A DNA stretch of 62,521 nt, filler included, from an uncultured bacterium (GTDB lineage Bacteria; Hinthialibacterota; Hinthialibacteria; Hinthialibacterales; Hinthialibacteraceae), in the NCBI GenBank assembly GCA_964449065.1. It is 6 parts of 6 records of this genome, joined end to end, with 100 filler letters (N's around TTAATTAATTAA, not from the genome) between each part and the next. Parts side by side here need not be neighbours in the genome. Positions count along the whole stretch, not along the records: positions 1 to 10,470 come from CAYVAZ010000179.1; 5 more parts are not named here. One strand, given 5' to 3'. Position 1 is the stretch's first letter, and each line of letters starts with the position of its first letter. The translations under genes were made by a program, and so were the position numbers. Shown piece by piece: positions 1 through 9,076 of this stretch. The notes under the pieces are model-generated. The model searched no databases. It saw only the letters and a program-made list of their open reading frames with translations, and was not told the DNA's origin.

Positions 1-423
1 GCGCAACCCTGGGAGGGCGAGGCTCCCGCCGAGCCAGCGGCACGCTTTCCTTCCCTGATAATCCGAAATAAAACCAGTATAAAACTCTATGAACAGAAAA
101 TACACCCGCTGTCATTCGCAATCATTCGCGTTCATTCGCGGTTGAAAAATGTAGTGCAGGCTTCCAGCCTGCAAAAGCCATTGTCTCCCCCAAAGCATTT
201 GGGGGAGATGTCCGACGCCAGGAAGACAGAGGGGGTGCGGCTACGTATCAAAATAAATGGGGTGCACCAGCTCCCAGCCGGTAAATGAATGCGCAACCCT
301 GGGAGGGCGAGGCTCCCGCCGAGCCAGCGGAACGCTTTCCTTCCCTGATAATCCGAAATAAAACCAGTATAAAACTCTATGAACAGAAAATACCCCCGCT
401 GCTATTCGCGTTCATTCGCGGTT
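1..423. repeat. Direct repeat of about 110-140 bp (copies start at 1 and 291), each beginning with a REP-like palindrome
   Basis: GCGCAACCCTGGGAGGGCGAGGCTCCCGCCGAGCC...GAACAGAAAATAC is near-identical at 1 and 291; both copies end in ATTCGCGTTCATTCGCGGTT. Confidence 0.9.
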
Positions 424-540
424 TAAATTTACGCTGCAGGCTTGGGATGGCAACACATATCTTCATACAGCAGATTCCACTCCAAATCGGCAATCCAATT
501 CGGAGAAATCCGGCCGGGTTGCCCGCTTCGCTGGGCAAAC

Positions 541-571
541 TAAAAAGGGAGAGCATGATTCACTCTCCCTT
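541..571 (-). terminator. Intrinsic terminator downstream of 600..1586
   Basis: Stem GGGAGAG (547-553)/CTCTCCC (563-569), followed on the minus strand by a T-run (542-546). Confidence 0.7.
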
Positions 572-599
572 CACTATATTTATAACCTTAGTGAAACAA

Positions 600-1586
600 T
601 CAATAGACTGCCCATTCCATAACCTGAGATCCCCCACCGTCGCCTCCAAGAGGGTCATCATCAGTAAAACGCATTTCGCGGAAGAATTCCACCTGCGATT
701 CATTGGCTTGGTTCCAGCGCATCAGGTGGAAGGTTGCGTCATCCCAATCAATCCAATTGATGCTGAAGCCGATCGGTTCATCCGGCTCTAAAGATGGAAA
801 TACACCCCACGGGAACACGATTTCCTGCACATACGAAGTATGTTGTTCGGGCGGAGCGTCATCCAACTGCACCGCACGGGGGATGCTGTCTAAAATCGCT
901 TTTTCGGCATCGTCATCCGTATTGAGTGCGGAACGGAAGATGGCAAACTCTAAAGGGAGGCCGTTATCCATGATGGGTTCCAAATCAAATTCTTCTTTGA
1001 TGAGAGGGGCATCGATGTTGAAAGCGGTTTGTAAATCGAACTCAGAGGACTGGTCATCGTTGATATTAAACGGTAAGCGGTCATTGTCGTTATCGAACCA
1101 GATTTCGATACCGTCGTTGGTGAATCCGGGGCGGTTACCGATATCACGGTCCGGGCTTTCACCATGAAACCAGCCGATTTGCGAATCGGTTGCCATATTC
1201 AAAAGATAAAAACCTTCGTCATTCCAGCCGATATACGTTGTAGCGGTAAAATCGTCTTCACCGTCGGCTTCGAAGTTTCCTTCCCCACTCACCAAAACTT
1301 TGTTGGGATCAAATTCAAAGTGATCACCGGTGGTTAAGGCATCTTCTTCAAACGCGTTATCGGATGGTTCACCGCCAAACTTCTGCTCTTCCGGGATATC
1401 GGCCATGGTGGCCGGGTCGCCAAAGGCATCAAGAGGCCAGTCCGATGGGTCGCCGTCGATGGTTATCGAAATTCCATCAGCGAATTTTCGGCAGTTGATA
1501 AAGCGGTCCTGAGCCATTGCTTCCATCGCTAAAGCACACAAAAACAGTAAAATCGATAGGAATGCCAAACCATTTTTTGTTTTCAT
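600..1586 (-). CDS. Secreted acidic protein with a CBM9/DOMON-like sugar-binding domain
   Basis: Signal peptide ending AMA-Q; motifs ITIDGDPSDW, TYIGWNDEGFYL, DGIEIWFD, EIVFPW, IGFSINWID resemble CBM9-like domains; ends SQVMEWAVY. Confidence 0.65.
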   Translation of the reverse strand: MKTKNGLAFLSILLFLCALAMEAMAQDRFINCRKFADGISITIDGDPSDWPLDAFGDPATMADIPEEQKFGGEPSDNAFEEDALTTGDHFEFDPNKVLVSGEGNFEADGEDDFTATTYIGWNDEGFYLLNMATDSQIGWFHGESPDRDIGNRPGFTNDGIEIWFDNDNDRLPFNINDDQSSEFDLQTAFNIDAPLIKEEFDLEPIMDNGLPLEFAIFRSALNTDDDAEKAILDSIPRAVQLDDAPPEQHTSYVQEIVFPWGVFPSLEPDEPIGFSINWIDWDDATFHLMRWNQANESQVEFFREMRFTDDDPLGGDGGGSQVMEWAVY

Positions 1587-1675
1587 TTTCTTTCCCCAAT
1601 AAAAAATTTATTTACAAAGAACTAACATAAGGTTTAAGATCAACAAAGTCAAGTATTTGTTTTAAAATTTCGATA

Positions 1676-2674
1676 TTATTTATAAAAAACTGATTTTAAA
1701 GAACTTGCGGCTTCCAAATGAGCTTCAGTCGCTTGTGACGTAACCGATGCCATCCCCCAAAATGGATGCAACATCCCGTTATACCGGGTGCATTGCACAT
1801 TCACGCCGGCATCATGAAGCTTTCTGGCGTAGAGTTCTCCTTCATCGCGGAGGGGGTCGAATTCCGCGGTGATGACCAAAGCGGGGGGTAAATGGCTTAG
1901 ATCACCAGCCAATAAGGGAGACGCCATTGTAGAATACGCGTCTTGGTCATCTTTCAGATACAATCCTTTAAACCACTCCATCATGGGTTTGGAGAGAAAG
2001 TAACCGGTTTCGTAATGGTTGTAGGATTGGTTATCCATATAGGATAGATCGGTCACCGGGTAGACGAGGAGTTGAAAGCAGATGGGGATACGGCCTTCGT
2101 CACGGTTGAGAATGGAAACAACGGCTGCCAGATTTCCCCCTGCACTGTCGCCGCCAACGGCGATACGGTTGCGGTCAATGTTTAAATTGCTGCATTGCGA
2201 GGCTACCCATTTGAGCGCGGTATTCGCGTCAATTACCGCGGTGGGGAATTTGTATTCCGGCGCATGACGGTAGTGAACGGAGACAACCACACACTCAGCT
2301 TCTTTGCAGAGTGTACGGCAGATGTTGTCGTGGGTATCCAAATCGCAGATAACCCAGCCGCCGCCGTGGTAGTAGACCAGCGCGGGGAGATTACCGCCCT
2401 CATTGGGGATGTAGACTCGCACGGGGATGGAGCCGCCGTCATCAAGATCAATTTTGGTGTCATAAATTTGATGGACAGTCTCTTTGGTGCCACTCAGTGT
2501 TTCGCTGCTTTCACGGGCTGCTTCACGGGCCTCGGCGATGCTGAGTTCTTCAAACGAAGGGACGTTGTTGGCTTTCATCTCTTCCAGCAGTGCTTTGATG
2601 TCAGGATCCAGGGTACCGCCGGGGAGGTGTTTTTCGGCTATTTGGAAAGGTGGCATTGATGTTTCCTTGTTCAA
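1676..2674 (-). CDS. HSL-family (Abhydrolase_3) esterase/lipase
   Basis: HGGGW oxyanion motif, GDSAGG nucleophile elbow, DPLRDEG Asp, C-terminal His (MLHPF). Confidence 0.92.
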   Translation of the reverse strand: MNKETSMPPFQIAEKHLPGGTLDPDIKALLEEMKANNVPSFEELSIAEAREAARESSETLSGTKETVHQIYDTKIDLDDGGSIPVRVYIPNEGGNLPALVYYHGGGWVICDLDTHDNICRTLCKEAECVVVSVHYRHAPEYKFPTAVIDANTALKWVASQCSNLNIDRNRIAVGGDSAGGNLAAVVSILNRDEGRIPICFQLLVYPVTDLSYMDNQSYNHYETGYFLSKPMMEWFKGLYLKDDQDAYSTMASPLLAGDLSHLPPALVITAEFDPLRDEGELYARKLHDAGVNVQCTRYNGMLHPFWGMASVTSQATEAHLEAASSLKSVFYK

Positions 2675-2677
2675 TAT

Positions 2678-3103
2678 TTAGGGATTCTTTGGATAAATGA
2701 GTAAACTGATTCCAGGGATTGTGAAATGCTGGTCAAACGCAAAAGCAGTAGAAATATCATATTTTTGGCATACTACAAAGCTAGTACAATCTGTAAAGGA
2801 TAAAGTGGCTGAATCGTATGTACGAAACATTTTTTCTGCGGCTTTGAAAACATCTTTGTTTATTGTAATGATGGTCAGTATATCTGAATTTGAAGCACGA
2901 TTGATATAATCTAAAAACTTTACTGCAATAGAATGGTTCAAATCATATCGTAATCTTGTAACCGTTTCATCCAGAACAAAATCCGTTGTGAATAACCCCT
3001 CTCTATTACTTTTAATCTGGTTATAAATCGAAACGGCTTTTTGATGATATTGGTCTTTCCGGTCATAGAGTGCTATCCAAACACCTGTATCAACAAAAAT
3101 CAT
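2678..3103 (-). CDS. vapC: VapC/PIN-domain toxin
   Basis: IFVDTGVWIA, VLDETVT, LSFTDCTSF, AFDQHF PIN motifs; overlaps the stop of the upstream gene. Confidence 0.88.
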   Translation of the reverse strand: MIFVDTGVWIALYDRKDQYHQKAVSIYNQIKSNREGLFTTDFVLDETVTRLRYDLNHSIAVKFLDYINRASNSDILTIITINKDVFKAAEKMFRTYDSATLSFTDCTSFVVCQKYDISTAFAFDQHFTIPGISLLIYPKNP

Positions 3104-3330
3104 AATTTTGTTTTCAGTTCATAAATGATTTCATCATGGTTAACAGAAGCATCACTTCGGTTGGATTCACAGAAACCGATCATTTCATCCAAAATGGCAT
3201 AGCCGTCTACTTCTGTTTTTTGTGCAGGGATTTCAACATCGATAATAATTTTATCTTCTTTTACTTTTTCTAATGTTTCATTGGATGGAATGAAAAATCC
3301 GTTTTCCACTCGAATGGCTTCCATCTTCAT
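3100..3330 (-). CDS. Putative antitoxin for the adjacent PIN toxin
   Basis: 76-aa ORF (start moved to ATG 3330, AGGAG RBS); C-terminal DASVNHDEIIY resembles VapC-partner antitoxins; 4-nt overlap with toxin. Confidence 0.7.
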   Translation of the reverse strand: MKMEAIRVENGFFIPSNETLEKVKEDKIIIDVEIPAQKTEVDGYAILDEMIGFCESNRSDASVNHDEIIYELKTKL

Positions 3331-3484
3331 GATTGTTCTCCTGTACTCGTTCTTACAGTAAATATAACCCCAATTCAAAGTTATGCCAGGAGTCAGAAAA
3401 TGAATCTCATGTGCTGTCTTATTGTTCATTTATACATGATAGAAATTATAGGATAAAATCGATTGAAATTTTATCGGTGTGAAC

Positions 3485-3569
3485 TGGGAGGGCGAACCTC
3501 CCAGTGAGCCGGATGAGTGGATTTATCTCTTCCCCCCTATCATGGCTCGGCGGGAGTCTCGCCCTCCCA
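3485..3569. repeat. Inverted REP pair (REPIN-like)
   Basis: TGGGAGGGCGAACCTCCCAGTGAGCC (3485-3510) and inverted GGCTCGGCGGGAGTCTCGCCCTCCCA (3544-3569); same family as the copies at 10-35, 300-325 and degenerate 30178-30203. Confidence 0.85.
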
Positions 3570-3654
3570 CGTCCCCATTCACACTTCACAAACGCGTTGA
3601 CATTTAGGGAAAGATTCTAAAAAATGAGGGAATTATGCTTTGTGAGGATGAACA

Positions 3655-5661
3655 ATGATGAGAACGATCTTGATTGTACTTTGTGCAATAATTTCACTAT
3701 CGGCGTGGACGCAGGCCCCGCCCCTGCCTTCGATAATGGATGTGACGACCGCGAACGGTTCGGCGGTTTTGATCCCGGCTGAGGCGGTGGCGGCAACCTA
3801 TGGAACATGGACGCTGACCTTTACCGTTGGGGAAGATGGTATTCAACAAGGAGGCGGTATCCGCGTGCAAATGCCGGATGAATGGCATGCGGGGCCGCGC
3901 AATTCCGCCAATAAGCTGCAAACACAAGACCCTGCGGACAACAATTACATCACCGCCCTGACCTCAAACGATATGACCAAGATTCGCTGTGTGGTTGAAT
4001 TTGAACGGGAGAATATCCTCATCAAACATGCCAAGCAGTCTCTGGATAGGCGCAATGAGCGTTATGTATTTGTGGTGCGGGTATTGGTTGAAGATGGCAA
4101 TTTGAGCGAAGGGGATACTGTATCGGTTGTGTATGGTAACCGTTCGGGCGGTTCGGCGGGATACCGGGCATCCACGGTTTCGACTCCACCCTTGCCGGTA
4201 CTCATCGGGGTTGATGAAAATGGTGACAACAAGTTTAAACTGCTTGAAGATAAGCCTACCTTAACAGTCCTCCCTGATTCAGCGGTGGATATGATGGTGC
4301 ATGTGCGTTCGCAGGCGGTAGTGGGTGAACCCATAGAGGCCGTCATCTCGCTGGTGGATAAAGAAGCGAATCCGGTGCATCACACCGCAACGATTGATCT
4401 CTTCAACCACACCGGTGAGTCCGAATTCCCCAAAACGGTAAAAGTGCCTTCGCAGCAAGGATTCGTAAGGGTTGAAGTGATGCCAACGCACGAAGGTGTT
4501 GTCCGGCTGCGTGCACGGACAAAGGATTTTGAGTTGGAGGCTATCTCGAATCCTATGTTGGTTTCGGAAGAAGAGCCGAAGCAAAAAATCTATTGGGGAG
4601 ACCTGCATTCGCATTCGCACTATAGCTGGGATGGTGTGGGTAGAAATAATTTTGAATATGCGCGGGATATTTCCGCCCTGGATTTCTATGCCATGACCGA
4701 TCATGCCATCTATCCCTCACACAGTGGTATCACTCGTGGTCTCGCCGGGCACAATTGGGAAGAATACACGGCCCTATCCAACCAATACAACGATCCCCAC
4801 AACTTTGTTGCGTTGGCGGCGTATGAATGTTCTTTTGGAAAACCGTACGGCCATCACAACGTCATTTTCCGCGGTGAACCGGGTGTGTTGGATTACCCCG
4901 ACCGGACAGAATTACCAAAATTATGGGAGCGCCTGCAGGACGGCAACGCGCTGACGATTCCCCACCACACCGGTAAGTTCCCTGGCGGGGTGGATTTAAC
5001 CATCCATGACGAGCGCTTTCAGCGCAATTTTGAGATGTATTCGGGGCATGGGTTGAGCGAGATGCGTGATCCTTCGCATCCGTTGGCGTTTGAGCAAAGT
5101 TTGTTTACCAGCGACGGCAGCAGTGTGGATGATCCCACATACTTACAAGACGCCTGGCGCATGGGCTTGGAGGTCTCAGCAATTGCGGCATCGGATGACC
5201 ACCGGGCGCAACCCGGCAAGCCGCAGTATGGCCTCGCCGCGGTATGGGCGCCGGAACTGACGCGGGATGGCATATTTAACGGGCTGCATAGACGGAATAC
5301 GTATGCAACAACCGGGGCAAAGATTATCTTAGAGTTTTCTGCCAATGAAAGTCAACAACACAAAATTCGTCTTGCTGAAGATTTGCCGGAACTTAATGTA
5401 AGAGCTATCGGTACGGATGTCATAGATTGGGTGGAGATTCTTCGATTGCAACCGGGAGCAACCGGGTTTGAAGTGGTAAAACGCTGGGAGCCGGATGCTT
5501 GGGAGTTTGAAGAGGTATTCCGCGATGTGAATGCCAAAGTGAATCCGGAATATTCGGTATATTATTGCCGAATGCAGCAAAAAAAGTGGGTGCGCGGACG
5601 CCCGGTTATGGCGTGGAGCTCGCCTGTGTTTGTGAAGATGGTAAATGTGAATATACGCTGA
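3655..5661 (+). CDS. Secreted PHP-like metallohydrolase (DUF3604/CehA-McbA-like)
   Basis: Signal peptide; YWGDLHSHSHYS, AMTDH, IPHHT, AASDDH, RRNTYATTG metal-binding motifs. Confidence 0.75.
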   Translation: MMRTILIVLCAIISLSAWTQAPPLPSIMDVTTANGSAVLIPAEAVAATYGTWTLTFTVGEDGIQQGGGIRVQMPDEWHAGPRNSANKLQTQDPADNNYITALTSNDMTKIRCVVEFERENILIKHAKQSLDRRNERYVFVVRVLVEDGNLSEGDTVSVVYGNRSGGSAGYRASTVSTPPLPVLIGVDENGDNKFKLLEDKPTLTVLPDSAVDMMVHVRSQAVVGEPIEAVISLVDKEANPVHHTATIDLFNHTGESEFPKTVKVPSQQGFVRVEVMPTHEGVVRLRARTKDFELEAISNPMLVSEEEPKQKIYWGDLHSHSHYSWDGVGRNNFEYARDISALDFYAMTDHAIYPSHSGITRGLAGHNWEEYTALSNQYNDPHNFVALAAYECSFGKPYGHHNVIFRGEPGVLDYPDRTELPKLWERLQDGNALTIPHHTGKFPGGVDLTIHDERFQRNFEMYSGHGLSEMRDPSHPLAFEQSLFTSDGSSVDDPTYLQDAWRMGLEVSAIAASDDHRAQPGKPQYGLAAVWAPELTRDGIFNGLHRRNTYATTGAKIILEFSANESQQHKIRLAEDLPELNVRAIGTDVIDWVEILRLQPGATGFEVVKRWEPDAWEFEEVFRDVNAKVNPEYSVYYCRMQQKKWVRGRPVMAWSSPVFVKMVNVNIR

Positions 5662-5812
5662 TTTGATAGAGAATCACGTTTAGGAAGATAAAATATTTCT
5701 TATCTGCTATTTTCCATCTATCGAAATAATTTTGTTATTTCGACTGGCCGGAAATTGACAAAAGCCGATGATTCTATACTCTATAAAGGTAGAAAAGAAA
5801 ATGGAATGTATC

Positions 5813-6085
5813 ATGGCCCAACTTAATATTAAAAACAAAGAAACCTGCCGTTTGGCGAAGGAACTCAGCCGCTTAACCGGTGAGAAAGTTACCCAGGCTG
5901 TTACTCAGGCCATTCGGGAGCGGCTTGATAAACTCAATATGTCCAAACAGAAAAGCAGGCAGCACCGGCTGAAAGAAATTCTATCCATTGCGGATAAATG
6001 CGCGGCCTTACCGGAAATAGATCCCCGCCGACCCGATGAAATCCTGTATGATGAACATGGATTGCCGAAAGATTCTATTCGATGA
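5813..6085 (+). CDS. vapB: VapB antitoxin (Rv0623-like)
   Basis: MAQLNIKNKETCRLAKEL...TGEKVTQAV...LYDEHGLP; ATGA overlap with vapC. Confidence 0.88.
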   Translation: MAQLNIKNKETCRLAKELSRLTGEKVTQAVTQAIRERLDKLNMSKQKSRQHRLKEILSIADKCAALPEIDPRRPDEILYDEHGLPKDSIR

Positions 6086-6459
6086 TTGCCATTGATACAT
6101 CGGCTCTGGTGGCGATCCTTTTAAAAGAGCCGGAAGCCGAAGAGTTTTCAAAGATTATTTTACAAGATGATCAACCGCTTATATCCGCAGCTTCGCTCAT
6201 TGAACTGAATCGCGTGATGAAAAGCAAAAGAGGGCTGAAATCCAAAGATCTTATCGATCAGATCATGAAGGGGTTTGAGATATCGGTTGTCTCTGTAAGT
6301 CCGGAACAAGCCGTTCTGGCGTGCCGGGCAACGTTTCAATTTCCCATCCTGAATTACGGCGATACGTTTTCCTATGCGCTGGCAAAAGACCGTAACGTTC
6401 CGCTTTTATACAAAGGGGATGATTTTTCCAAGACAGATGTTGAGGCTATTCGTATTTAA
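6082..6459 (+). CDS. vapC: VapC/PIN toxin
   Basis: IDTSALVAIL, LNYGDTFSYALA, LLYKGDDFSKTD. Confidence 0.9.
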   Translation: MIAIDTSALVAILLKEPEAEEFSKIILQDDQPLISAASLIELNRVMKSKRGLKSKDLIDQIMKGFEISVVSVSPEQAVLACRATFQFPILNYGDTFSYALAKDRNVPLLYKGDDFSKTDVEAIRI

Positions 6460-6567
6460 GAATCTCATTTTAAGCCGTATAGAAACGCATCACATTCCCG
6501 GTCAACCCTACTGACTGGAACCGCATGATTATGAACCGGATATTAAAATAACATTTTTCATTTCTCA

Positions 6568-6595
6568 TTGACACTTTGAGCGGGTAGAATAGAAT
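6568..6595 (+). promoter_or_regulatory. Sigma70-type promoter of tRNA-Cys
   Basis: TTGACA (6568-6573), 16 nt, TAGAAT (6590-6595), 12 nt before the tRNA. Confidence 0.7.
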
Positions 6596-6607
6596 TTGTA
6601 ATTCGTC

Positions 6608-6681
6608 GGCGGCGTGGCCAAGTGGTAAGGCAGGGGACTGCAAATCCCTTATCCCCGGTTCGAATCCGGGCGCCGCCTCCA
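6608..6681 (+). tRNA. tRNA-Cys (GCA)
   Basis: Acceptor stem GGCGGCG/CGCCGCC, anticodon GCA at 6640-6642, GGTTCGAATCC T-arm, U discriminator, encoded CCA. Confidence 0.97.
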
Positions 6682-6721
6682 AATTTCCCTCTAATCTATA
6701 ATTCCATCATATAAAATTTAT

Positions 6722-7249
6722 TCATATTTCCTGCCCCAACTGCTTTAGCATTGCCTTTATGTCCTTTATCAGTAAATACAAATGCCATTCATCCACGGGT
6801 GAGGGTATGAAATCAAAACGGTGATAAAAGGCTTTGGCTTTCTCATCTTTTGCATGTACCAAAACCGCTCTTAATCCGCCAATCTCGGAGGCTTGTACTG
6901 CTCTGGCTAGCGCATCTTTCAGCAATCCACCTCCAATGCCCATGCCTCCATAACGGTGATCAACCGCCAAACGGGCTAAAACCATCACCGGGACCGGATA
7001 TCTACCCATGCCTTTCTTTACACGGGGTGGAACTTGCTCTACCGAAACAGAACCAAAAGCAAGCGAATAATATCCAATCACTTTTTCTCCCAGGGTTGCT
7101 GCATAAGTACGTGCCCCACCAGCTTTATGATTTTGCAGAGCATAGTTTTGCAGATATTGATTGAGTTCTTGAGTACCACAATCAAAATCACCGGTTTGAT
7201 GGTGTTTTTCGATGGGGACAGGAGGTGAGGGCTTGGGGTTATTGCTCAT
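6722..7249 (-). CDS. GNAT acetyltransferase toxin (AtaT/TacT-like)
   Basis: FDCGTQELNQYL, VLARLAVD, GMGIGGGLL, AKAFYHRFDF; start moved to ATG 7249, which overlaps the antitoxin end. Confidence 0.88.
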   Translation of the reverse strand: MSNNPKPSPPVPIEKHHQTGDFDCGTQELNQYLQNYALQNHKAGGARTYAATLGEKVIGYYSLAFGSVSVEQVPPRVKKGMGRYPVPVMVLARLAVDHRYGGMGIGGGLLKDALARAVQASEIGGLRAVLVHAKDEKAKAFYHRFDFIPSPVDEWHLYLLIKDIKAMLKQLGQEI

Positions 7250-7520
7250 GGAATACGGAAGGCTTGCTAAATAGTTCACGCAATGCGGGGAGATCACGCG
7301 GAGGGGCATCTAACGCTTGGTAAAATTCGTCCCATTTTTCCTGAGATAAAATGAAATCCGTCTGCTCTAAAATTTGTGATGCCGATTGAACCGCTTGATT
7401 TAACACAAACTCATCAATACTCAAATTTTTATATGCCGCTGCCCGGCTAATGAAATCTCTTTGGGTTTCATTTATAGGAATATTCAACGCATTCATATTC
7501 GAAGATTCCGTATCCGGCAT
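7239..7520 (-). CDS. DUF1778 RHH antitoxin (AtaR/TacA-like)
   Basis: ISRAAAY...IDEFVL...LSQEKWDEFYQALDAPP...LRELF; directly upstream of the GNAT toxin. Confidence 0.85.
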   Translation of the reverse strand: MPDTESSNMNALNIPINETQRDFISRAAAYKNLSIDEFVLNQAVQSASQILEQTDFILSQEKWDEFYQALDAPPRDLPALRELFSKPSVFHEQ

Positions 7521-7698
7521 GATTCGCTCTCCTAAAACGCATATTTTCACTAATACTATACTGATTTATAGCATTCTTGCAACCATTTTACAAACACCAT
7601 TTTACAAACAATCGCGGGTTTCATATATCATTTTCTCCCTGCCTTCACCCATAGAGGGGGTGTGGATACAATGCATCACATTACCGGGACGTTAAGGA

Positions 7699-9012
7699 GT
7701 GAGAGTCATGAATTTACGGGCTGCATTGGTGGGGTTTGGAACGGTCGGTTCGGGCGCGGTGAAAACGCTGTTTCACAACCACCAACAAATCACATCACGC
7801 GCGGGATGCGCCATCGAATTGGTCGCCATCGCCGATACCGATTTGAAACGCGACCGCGGGGTGGATGTCTCGGGCATCAAGCAAACCACCGATGCATGGG
7901 AACTCATCAAAGACCCGGAGATCGATGTCATCATTGAGCTGGTGGGCGGTTACACCATCGCGAAAGAGTTTGTGATCGGCGCCCTGCAAAACGGCAAAGA
8001 TGTCGTCACCGCCAACAAAGCCCTGCTTGCTCTTCATGCCGATGAATTGTTTAAGATCGCGAATGAAAACAACCGGCACATTTATTTTGAAGGCGCGGTC
8101 GGCGGGGGAATCCCCCTGATTCAGTCATTCTATGGCGGATTGGCATCCGCGAAGATCGAAGAAATCCACGCCATCATCAACGGAACCTGCAACTACATCC
8201 TCACCGAAATGGATGAAAACGGCTCTCCCTTTCAGGATGTTCTCAAAGCCGCGCAAGATTTAGGCTACGCGGAATTGGACCCATCCTTTGATATTGGCGG
8301 GGTGGATGCCGCGCATAAGATCGCCCTGATGGCCTCCATCTGCTTTGGAACGGCGGTACCGTTTGACAAGGTGTATATCGAAGGCATTGAAGACATCACG
8401 GTTGATGATATCGAATTTGGAAGAGAACTTGGATACAAATTGAAACTATTGGCCATCGCGAAAGATTTGGGGGAAGATATCGAAGTTCGGGTGCATCCCA
8501 CCTTTATCCCGAAGGACCATCTGCTGGCATCGGTCAACGGGGTTTATAACGCCGTCAACACCTTTGCTCCAGGTATGGGAGAAACCATCTTGTACGGCCG
8601 CGGCGCCGGCGATATGCCCACCGGACACGCCGTGGTCAGCGATTTGATTCAATGCGCGCTTGACCGCGAGGCCAAACGGCATTGCGATTACTCAAACTAC
8701 TTCATGCCGCGCAAAAACATCAAACCGATGAGCGAGGTTTTGTCTGAATATTACCTGCGCTTTGAAGTGAAAGACCAGCCCGGTGTGCTGGCGGGAATCT
8801 CAGGCATATTGGGCGAACACAACATCAGCATCCTGTTCATGCTGCAAACCGAAAAAGCCGGGAACGGCCAAGCCTGCCCCATCGCGATCATGACGCATGA
8901 AGCACAAGAAGGCAATTTGATGCACGCTCTCGAACAAATCAAAGAGTTGGATTATATATTGGCTCCCGTGAAAGTGATTCGAATTGAGCAATTGGACCCG
9001 GACCGTTCTTAA
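7699..9012 (+). CDS. hom: Homoserine dehydrogenase with C-terminal ACT domain
   Basis: GFGTVG, VVTANKA, EGAVGGGIP, INGTCNYIL, GRGAG, DQPGVLA ACT. Confidence 0.97.
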   Translation: MRVMNLRAALVGFGTVGSGAVKTLFHNHQQITSRAGCAIELVAIADTDLKRDRGVDVSGIKQTTDAWELIKDPEIDVIIELVGGYTIAKEFVIGALQNGKDVVTANKALLALHADELFKIANENNRHIYFEGAVGGGIPLIQSFYGGLASAKIEEIHAIINGTCNYILTEMDENGSPFQDVLKAAQDLGYAELDPSFDIGGVDAAHKIALMASICFGTAVPFDKVYIEGIEDITVDDIEFGRELGYKLKLLAIAKDLGEDIEVRVHPTFIPKDHLLASVNGVYNAVNTFAPGMGETILYGRGAGDMPTGHAVVSDLIQCALDREAKRHCDYSNYFMPRKNIKPMSEVLSEYYLRFEVKDQPGVLAGISGILGEHNISILFMLQTEKAGNGQACPIAIMTHEAQEGNLMHALEQIKELDYILAPVKVIRIEQLDPDRS

Positions 9013-9017
9013 TCATC

Positions 9018-9035
9018 TCACCACAGAGACACAGA
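9018..9035. repeat. Dispersed intergenic motif TCACCACAG(A/T)GACACAG; second, inverted copy at about 14442-14459
   Basis: Same motif between hom and lysC and between the SDR and SIS genes. Confidence 0.55.
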
Positions 9036-9076
9036 ACACCAAGAAGAAAAATGGATTTGAAAACGGATAATGGATT

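Noticed and set aside
1..423. Possible CRISPR array
   Set aside because: Only two units over 100 bp long with a 290-bp period; no 23-47 bp repeats with unique spacers and no cas genes
285..791. 168-aa plus-strand ORF
   Set aside because: Runs through repeat DNA, a terminator and the antisense of a real gene
6470..6682. 70-aa ORF MEAAPGFEPG...
   Set aside because: Antisense translation of tRNA-Cys
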